From positions 1,152,001-1,216,000 of the forward strand of contig OZ242326.1 in the NCBI GenBank assembly GCA_965208325.1: 64,000 bases of DNA, written 5' to 3'. The position numbers were made by a program, and so were the translations under genes. Source of the stretch: Candidatus Poribacteria bacterium. Lineage in GTDB: Bacteria; Poribacteria; WGA-4E; PCPOR2b. Positions 57,223 to 64,000 of the stretch are shown here, piece by piece (within the stretch, counting starts at the first letter, position 1; the number at the start of each line of letters is the position of its first letter). The notes beneath the pieces are model-generated. The model ran no database searches. It was not told the origin of the DNA and was given only the letters and a program-made list of their open reading frames with translations.

Positions 57223-59888
57223 GACGCACTGTCAATAATTTCCGCATGCCCCAGCGCTTCTGCCAGTGTATGCTTAATTGCTGCAATCCGATCAGGCGAT
57301 GTAGTTTTTGTCCCATCTTCCTCCGTAACGTAGAACGAATCAATTGCAGTAAATGCTCTCGTCGTAACCTTAGCCAAGCGAATCCCCAAATCCAGTTCAT
57401 AAAATACATTTGAAATCGTGTAAAGTAAGCCGACCCGATCCGGTACACGAATATCGACAATGATGGCATAATCCGAACTCGTACTGTCAATCCGAATTTC
57501 TGAAGGGCTGCTGCGGCGCTGCAGATGCGCCGGAAAACTGGAATCACCCCGCTCTTTAAGCAGTGCTTCTACTGCTTTCTCCCCTCTCCAAACGGCTCTT
57601 AGAGTTTCCGCAAATTGATTACACTGATTTAAAGAAATCCCTTGCAAAGAGATGTCTCTCATGGATTCATCAGAACGCCCAACCGCTACATTGAGCATAT
57701 CAATAACAATCCCATCCCTTCGCGTGTTGACGACAGCGCTCAAGATGTTAATATCCTCGGCAGCGAGAACGCCTGTAATTCCCCGAAATATGCCTCGCGC
57801 ATCACGTGTGCAAACTCCGATTTGCGTATAGGTCTCCATTTCTTCAAAACAGGAAACTGGAACCGGATCTGATTTCAATTGTTCAACTAACTGAATCTGT
57901 TTGCCTATTGAGTCCGGAGTCTGCGAAATTAACTCCTGCTCGGGCATCATCTTAAAGTGTTGCGTGATCTCGGCCTCACCGACGGTTCCCCCCATAAACC
58001 GCGTGACCTGTTCCTTCAAATCATCCAACTTCAATGAATCTTGTTTGCCCTCCAGATGTTTCAAAGTCCGCGTATACAGCTTTGACAGCAGCGTCGAATT
58101 CCATTCATTCCAGATTGACGGATTGACTGCTCGCATGTCCGCAAACGTCAGGAGGTAAAGCATCTTCAAATGCTGTTCATCACCCACTAACCCGGCAAAT
58201 CGTTCAATCTCTGCCGGATCGTCCACATCGCGCTGTTGCGCTGTGTAGCTCATTTCTCGATGCCGCAAAATCAGAAACAACACCATCTCTTGGTCAACAT
58301 CGTTCAGCCCCAACCGGTTCAGTGCACCCTTTGCCATCTCAACGCTTCGGACATCATGCCCTCCTATTGGCCCGTCAACGCCTTTTCCCACGTCATGTAA
58401 TAAGAGCGCCAACCGTAGCATTGCCGGCTTTTTCAACCCGTTCAATATTTCCAGAAATACGTTTCCATCTTTTAAATCCCTCAACACGCCTTCATCCAAA
58501 TTTTCAATGGCATACATTGTGTGTTCATCAACGGTATATTGATGATACCGATCAAATCGAATCAGCGATCGTACCTTTCCAAACTCAGGCAGGTAAGAAT
58601 CCAACACTTGCCAGCGGTGCATCCGGCGCAGCACCTCGGCAACGGCTGTCGGATAACTTAGGATTGAAAGGAAACATTTGGCGTTTTCCAATAGACGGCG
58701 AAACTCGTCATCAATGAGATTTAGGTTGGCTGCAATCTGTTGACGAATAATGGCGCTAATTCGCCGATTGAGTTGTTGACGATGTACAAACACCTTCATC
58801 ATTCGACTCGGGTCGTTCGTAAAATCCGATTGGCCCGGCTGGAAACTTATCTCATTGCGCACGACAGCAAATCCGTCAGGCAGCCGTTTGGTCAGCATTC
58901 GATTAATTAGCCGAAACAGCTTGGATTCGTTATGTTTCACCCGGTCTATTATCAGCTTTGCAAATTCAAAAAGGTGCTCAGCGTGAAGATAGTAATCGCG
59001 CATAAGATCTTCTTCAGCTAGGGTGTGATCCTTATCCCTGTAACCCAAATTTTTTGCCACGGTTTCTTGGACCTCAAACGTCAGTTGATCGTTCCTTCTC
59101 TGGTTGACGTAATGCAGCTCATTACGCAATCGCCAAAGAAAATCGAGCGCAGTTTCACACGCATCTGATTCCGTTTGGATAATCATACCCCGGTTGGCGA
59201 GACCCGGTAAATCTTTTACCCCATATCGAACTGCCGCAATCCAAATCGCTGTGTGAAAATCCCTAAGTCCTCCGACGCTTTCCTTAATGTTTGGTTCTTG
59301 TAGATAAATCGAGGCGCCGTAAGATTCATGGCGCTCGTTCCATTCCTGTATTTTCTGTGCGATAAATTTCCCAACCCGCCTTTTAAAAAAATGCTTTGAT
59401 GTGTGCACCTGAAATTTACGGTAAATCGCCCTTGACCCAACGATATAACGCGCATCCAGCATTGACGTCTTTGAAAAAATGTCCTCGTACGTTGCGCGGA
59501 TACACTCTTTAATCGATCGGCAGCTATGTCCAACCTCAAAGCCCGCATCCCATAGCACCGTTATCAACTGGGACGCAAACGGTTGTATTTCTTTAGCGTT
59601 CATCCGTGAGGCATCATATACCAACATTATGTCAATATCTGAATATGGATTCAATTCTTCTCGCCCATACCCTCCCAATGCAAGAATTGCAAGGTAAGGT
59701 TCTTGAGGTAAAATGTTATCTTGTATTGCCGCGTAATAAATCCGTTGGATAACGTTATCCGTGAGTCGCGTGTACTCCTCGACAATCTCTTTGCCGCCGA
59801 TGCCGAACTGGTGGCGTGAGTAGATTCGTTCGCGCTCTTTTGCGCAGAAATCCTTCAAATCTTCAACATGCGCACGATCCTGTTGCAT
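57219..59888 (-). CDS. glnD: [Protein-PII] uridylyltransferase / uridylyl-removing enzyme
   Basis: ALGGYGREELNPYSDID, EPNIKESVGGLRD, YHQYTVDEH, LLHDVGKG and two ACT domains (DRVGLL, AIDSFY). Confidence 0.96.
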   Translation of the reverse strand: MQQDRAHVEDLKDFCAKERERIYSRHQFGIGGKEIVEEYTRLTDNVIQRIYYAAIQDNILPQEPYLAILALGGYGREELNPYSDIDIMLVYDASRMNAKEIQPFASQLITVLWDAGFEVGHSCRSIKECIRATYEDIFSKTSMLDARYIVGSRAIYRKFQVHTSKHFFKRRVGKFIAQKIQEWNERHESYGASIYLQEPNIKESVGGLRDFHTAIWIAAVRYGVKDLPGLANRGMIIQTESDACETALDFLWRLRNELHYVNQRRNDQLTFEVQETVAKNLGYRDKDHTLAEEDLMRDYYLHAEHLFEFAKLIIDRVKHNESKLFRLINRMLTKRLPDGFAVVRNEISFQPGQSDFTNDPSRMMKVFVHRQQLNRRISAIIRQQIAANLNLIDDEFRRLLENAKCFLSILSYPTAVAEVLRRMHRWQVLDSYLPEFGKVRSLIRFDRYHQYTVDEHTMYAIENLDEGVLRDLKDGNVFLEILNGLKKPAMLRLALLLHDVGKGVDGPIGGHDVRSVEMAKGALNRLGLNDVDQEMVLFLILRHREMSYTAQQRDVDDPAEIERFAGLVGDEQHLKMLYLLTFADMRAVNPSIWNEWNSTLLSKLYTRTLKHLEGKQDSLKLDDLKEQVTRFMGGTVGEAEITQHFKMMPEQELISQTPDSIGKQIQLVEQLKSDPVPVSCFEEMETYTQIGVCTRDARGIFRGITGVLAAEDINILSAVVNTRRDGIVIDMLNVAVGRSDESMRDISLQGISLNQCNQFAETLRAVWRGEKAVEALLKERGDSSFPAHLQRRSSPSEIRIDSTSSDYAIIVDIRVPDRVGLLYTISNVFYELDLGIRLAKVTTRAFTAIDSFYVTEEDGTKTTSPDRIAAIKHTLAEALGHAEIIDSAS

Positions 59889-59974
59889 CTATTTTCTCCA
59901 ATTTGAAATAATCCAGTTATGTGGCAACAACGTCCGCGGGAGAGGCTCTCTAACCGCAATGCCCCACGTGTAAA

Positions 59975-61330
59975 CTACCAACCATACAATAATAGGATAA
60001 ACATGAGGACTGGCAATAAAACAAATAGAATCTTTACTTCCACCAAATATCCCTGATAGCGTAATGAACGTGAATCTTTTTCCTCATACCGGTCAATTAA
60101 CTCGATTCGCCGATGGATCGAAGGATGTGTGTGGAAAATTTCAAAAACTCGTTGAATCGAATACGGAATAAAATTCAACCGCGAAAGCCGGCAGAGCGCG
60201 GATTTGAATGCCTCTGGGTTGCCGGTAAGCTCCACTGCATAAAGGTCCGCTTGGTGTTCAAATCGTCTCGAAAGGTAACCAAATAAGAGGACAAAGTAAA
60301 GGAAAAGGAAGACTATTGCCTCAATTGATGTCAGGATGGCGGATTCAGGCAAGAGCGACAATATCGGTCCGCCAACGTAGATAGAAAAGATTGCATATCC
60401 GAGAAAATATGTCATCGAAAAGATGAAATAGGTTGGGATATGATTGTAACGCACATGCCCAAACTCATGCGCAACAATGGTTTCAATCTCGTCATCGGAA
60501 AAATGGGTCAACAACGCATCGGTCAAGAATATTTGGCGCGACCATCGGACGATTCCAGCGACTGCCGCATTCGCTATAGACAATGACCCTGTTTGCCAAA
60601 CAACTATCTTTTTGTACCTTATTTTACCTTGTACCGCGAGACGGCTAATCTTTTCTTTTAAGCTCATGTCAGCCAGCGGGAGCATTTTACCGATTCGGCT
60701 CACTAATAGCGGCGCGTAAATGTACATAAGCAGAACAAGAAGAGCCATAAGGGCTAAAAATAGATATGTATGTTCGACAAAGAATCGCTCCGTTTCCGGG
60801 AAGCCGTCGATCAAATCAAGCAGTATAAAATAGATCAATAAAGGCAGCAGCGGAAAAATCAAGAATTTAAAGTGGACGCTTAGAAACTCAAGCCTTTTTG
60901 CCGTACTGCGGCGCGCACTTCGGTCAATCTCATAAAGTGCTAGACGAATAAGCATCAACCCGGCGATAAGGGGAAGAATTGAAAAGGCATGGCGAATGCG
61001 GGGCAAATTGACGAAGTGTAAGGTTTGATGGACGAGAACCGGAAAATTCAAGATGTAAACATTACAGACAAAACCGGCGATGCCCAAAAGGTCGAATCCA
61101 ATCGCTGCCTGATTAATGCGAAAACGCCGGTGCAGAAAATCGGCTGAATTGCTAGCAAGGGTTTTAGTGGTAAACCTTCCAAGTAAATATAAAAGAACAG
61201 ATGGTGTAACGGTCGACGCTGCAGTAAACAGGAGAATAAGGCTGCGATAAATTTCTCTGTCATTTATTGTAGGTTCGAAGGAGAATAGAAAGATAAACCC
61301 AGCGATTAGTATAAGGCTAATCTGCCTCAC
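59975..61330 (-). CDS. M48 family (Ste24/HtpX-like) membrane metalloprotease
   Basis: ANAAVAG, HEFGH, SRRFEHQAD and THPS..RR motifs; multiple TMs. Confidence 0.9.
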   Translation of the reverse strand: MRQISLILIAGFIFLFSFEPTINDREIYRSLILLFTAASTVTPSVLLYLLGRFTTKTLASNSADFLHRRFRINQAAIGFDLLGIAGFVCNVYILNFPVLVHQTLHFVNLPRIRHAFSILPLIAGLMLIRLALYEIDRSARRSTAKRLEFLSVHFKFLIFPLLPLLIYFILLDLIDGFPETERFFVEHTYLFLALMALLVLLMYIYAPLLVSRIGKMLPLADMSLKEKISRLAVQGKIRYKKIVVWQTGSLSIANAAVAGIVRWSRQIFLTDALLTHFSDDEIETIVAHEFGHVRYNHIPTYFIFSMTYFLGYAIFSIYVGGPILSLLPESAILTSIEAIVFLFLYFVLLFGYLSRRFEHQADLYAVELTGNPEAFKSALCRLSRLNFIPYSIQRVFEIFHTHPSIHRRIELIDRYEEKDSRSLRYQGYLVEVKILFVLLPVLMFILLLYGW

Positions 61331-61438
61331 TTTGTTTCCCTTCCAACTTGCACATTCTCTTCTTGTCAGTGTAAATGTATCTCGGCGCGACCGGCTAAAT
61401 TTTTGGGCGGGGAGATTTGAATTGCCGAACGGCTGGAA

Positions 61439-61750
61439 TTACATATTCATCTGAATCTCTTTGGATTTTGCCATCGCTTCCTCCGCTTCGGGAATCATGC
61501 CCTTGCGTTGATAACAGACGGATAAACTCGTGTAATTCAGCGGATCATTCGGGTTAACTTCGATCGATTTCTTAATCGCTTCAATCGCATCGTCGTACCT
61601 ACCCATTCTCTCATAAGTGTGTCCGAGTCCAACGTACCCGTCCGCATAATCCGGGTACTGATTGATGAGGTCATTGAATGCGTCAATAGCCGCGTCGAGT
61701 TCGTTATTTCCAAAATAGGATAGCGCTCGATCGTAAAGTTCCTCTTTCAA
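61439..61750 (-). CDS. Small TPR protein
   Basis: Consecutive TPR units; YTSLSVCYQRKGMIPEAE; GAGAGGAG RBS before the TTG start. Confidence 0.85.
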   Translation of the reverse strand: MKEELYDRALSYFGNNELDAAIDAFNDLINQYPDYADGYVGLGHTYERMGRYDDAIEAIKKSIEVNPNDPLNYTSLSVCYQRKGMIPEAEEAMAKSKEIQMNM

Positions 61751-62081
61751 CAGAAATCTCCTCTCTTTTCCAATTTAAAATGGCCATCTAAGCAGAATGT
61801 GGATATTCGAAACGCTTTTCGCCTGCGCACTTGCCAAGCACGATGTTATCAGAGGCGCAAGATTTCCTACTTCAGCTTTATCGAAGCAGGACATCTTTCG
61901 GGGGAAATGTCCCGGTATCAATTAGTAAATAACGCAATTCTATCGTCAAATCGAGTGGTTTCTTGAAAACTCGGTTTCTTTAACGGTGCAGCATGGCAAA
62001 TCAATATTTGGGTTGATTTTATCACGGCTATTCTAACAGAAGCCTAGCTGAAAAGTCAACGCCAAAACCTGCCGATTTCGT

Positions 62082-62110
62082 TTGACTGTCTACCGTGTGA
62101 TTGGTATAAT
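62082..62110 (+). promoter_or_regulatory. Sigma70 promoter for the cyclophilin gene, back-to-back with a minus-strand promoter at about 62030-62059
   Basis: TTGACT, 17-nt spacer, TGG-TATAAT. On the opposite strand: TTGACT, 18-nt spacer, TAGAAT. Confidence 0.7.
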
Positions 62111-62139
62111 TAAGTCGGTCCAAATAGGGCGAATTCGAT

Positions 62140-62679
62140 ATGATCTGGATAGTACGATATTCGATAACTTCCGGTGTTATCTTTCTAATTCTCATAACTT
62201 ACTGTGGTTGCGGAAAGTCAAATCCAGTCGCAATCATTGAGACCAACAAAGGGAAAATTGCAGTCGAACTTCTCAATGAAGCGGCACCACAAACGGTCGA
62301 GAACTTTATTAACCTCATTCAGCAGGGGTTCTATGATGGTCTCACATTTCATCGGTATGAACCCGGCTTTGTGATACAAGGTGGCGATCCGAAGGGTGAT
62401 GGGTCTGGCGGTCCGCCGTGGAAAATCCCCGGAGAGTTTCAAATCCCTGAACTTCGTGAGAAGATGCCCAGGCACGAAAAGGGTGTCGTTGCAATGGCGA
62501 GAACCGCCAATCCCGATTCCGCTGGAAGCCAGTTCTACATCTGCCTGAATCCAGATCCTAATCGCTATCGTCATCTTGAAGGCAAATACACAACTTTTGG
62601 ACGCGTAATTGAAGGTTCGGATGTGGTTGTTCTGCTGCGAAAGGGAGATAAGATGAATCGGGTAAAACTGAAGCGTTAG
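62140..62679 (+). CDS. Cyclophilin-type peptidyl-prolyl cis-trans isomerase (putative lipoprotein)
   Basis: APQTVENF, FYDGLTFHR, FVIQGGDP, VAMAR, SAGSQFYI and YTTFGRV; lipobox-like YCGC. Confidence 0.95.
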   Translation: MIWIVRYSITSGVIFLILITYCGCGKSNPVAIIETNKGKIAVELLNEAAPQTVENFINLIQQGFYDGLTFHRYEPGFVIQGGDPKGDGSGGPPWKIPGEFQIPELREKMPRHEKGVVAMARTANPDSAGSQFYICLNPDPNRYRHLEGKYTTFGRVIEGSDVVVLLRKGDKMNRVKLKR

Positions 62680-62812
62680 CACGCCAATTCAACCCACGGC
62701 ATGAGATGTCGTTACAAATTAAATTGGGTGCGCCCAAATCGCGGGCCGCAAAAATTTAGGGTTAGCTATTCCTAACGCTCAACACCTGCTTTAGAAAGGA
62801 CTTTAATTTCGA

Positions 62813-63874
62813 ATGGAAGATTGGAAACAACTGGTGCGTAATTCCGTGAATACGCCTGAAAAACTTGCCTCTATCTTTGATGTTGACCTCGAAGAGATGC
62901 GGCGGGTTCACGAAGTATTTCCAATTCGCATCAATCCCTACTATCTGAGTCTGATTGAGAAACCCGGTGACCCAATCTGGAGGCAGGTTGTTCCCGATCC
63001 GAAGGAACTCGTCAGAACGGGCGTTGAAGAAGACGACCCGCTGCATGAAGAGGACGACAGTAAAGTCCCCAATGTTACACATCGTTATCCGGACCGCGCC
63101 CTGTTTTATGTCAACTACATGTGTCCAATCTATTGCCGGTTTTGTACACGGAAACGCAAGGTTGGCGACCCAGGATCCATCCCTGATGGAAGTATTGAGA
63201 TGGGCTTGCAGTATCTCCGTGAACATACCGAGGTGCGCGATGTGATAATATCCGGCGGCGATCCGCTCATGTTGACTGACCGCAAAATCGAATACGTCGT
63301 GGGTGGACTTCGAGCAATCGAACACATTGAGATAATTCGTATCGGTACCCGAGTGCCGGTGACATTACCGCAGCGCATCACGCCCGAACTATGCCAAATC
63401 CTCAAAAAACACCATCCCTTCTACATCAACACACACTTCAACCACCCTCGTGAAATTACGCCGGAAACCACGGAAGCGTGCGCAAGGTTAGCGGATGCTG
63501 GAATACCGCTCGGCAACCAGTGCGTGCTGCTGCGGGGCGTCAACGATGATTCTACAGTCATGGCTGAGCTGATGAAGAAACTCCTCAAAATCCGCGTGAA
63601 GCCTTACTATATCTATCAGGCGGATCTCGTGTATGGAACCGATCACTTCCGCACATCTGTAAAAAAAGGACTTGAAATTGTCGCCGCATTACGCGGTCAT
63701 ATCTCTGGGTTAGGCGTTCCGCATTATGTCATTGATGCTCCCGGCGGCGGCGGTAAAATTGCGCTAATTCCGAATTCAATTGTGTCGTTCGACGATGAAG
63801 AAATCAAGCTCAGGAATTACGAAGGCAACGTGTATGGTTATCCAAGTATGCCTTTCTACGACGAGGACTGGTAA
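62813..63874 (+). CDS. KamA family radical SAM protein (lysine 2,3-aminomutase-like)
   Basis: DPLHEE, THRYPDR, CPIYCRFCTRKR, ISGGDPL, HFNHPRE, YYIYQAD and IDAPGGGGKI (PLP lysine). Confidence 0.92.
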   Translation: MEDWKQLVRNSVNTPEKLASIFDVDLEEMRRVHEVFPIRINPYYLSLIEKPGDPIWRQVVPDPKELVRTGVEEDDPLHEEDDSKVPNVTHRYPDRALFYVNYMCPIYCRFCTRKRKVGDPGSIPDGSIEMGLQYLREHTEVRDVIISGGDPLMLTDRKIEYVVGGLRAIEHIEIIRIGTRVPVTLPQRITPELCQILKKHHPFYINTHFNHPREITPETTEACARLADAGIPLGNQCVLLRGVNDDSTVMAELMKKLLKIRVKPYYIYQADLVYGTDHFRTSVKKGLEIVAALRGHISGLGVPHYVIDAPGGGGKIALIPNSIVSFDDEEIKLRNYEGNVYGYPSMPFYDEDW

Positions 63875-64000
63875 AATATTATCCACAACTAACGCACATA
63901 AGTAATGAAGGGCATGGGAGAGAATCACTACGAAAAGAAATCATACGGTTACTGTCCCAAACACCAGCGCGGCCGCAATGCTCGCACACATATCGGTTTT

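Overview
A 64-kb bacterial chromosomal segment using standard code 11; TGA serves as a normal stop in many genes. The secreted LamG-like proteins ending in a 'KLATxWGxLK'-type tail and the N-anchored DUF4159 protein suggest Candidatus Poribacteria (inference from pattern recognition, not a search). Most genes are housekeeping: pheA, queG, three tRNAs, rpsF-ssb-rpsR-rplI-dnaB-mlaEFD-radA-PIN/TRAM-ispD-ispF-cysS, dprA-accA, pstSCAB-phoU, glnD-rtcA-thiI, a cyclophilin and a KamA-family radical SAM protein. Envelope and accessory genes include a divergent triterpene cyclase with a GT2, a TPR/lipoprotein/peptidase-PD40-Omp85 operon, a UPF0182 protein, a FadL-like porin and a GH127 hydrolase. The main result is a gene missed by the ORF track at 11745-11999. 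It encodes an 84-aa DUF5069-like protein with an in-frame TGA where the family normally has Cys (YIYP-U-PMD), followed by a perfect SECIS-like hairpin, so it is a candidate new selenoprotein family. Other unannotated elements are a collapsed phoR/phoB-like relic beside the pst operon (whose pho box is intact), a GH127 pseudogene, a GTAG-type REP family, a possible MITE, a sigma54 promoter, and a long MlaD with a probable C-terminal beta-barrel.
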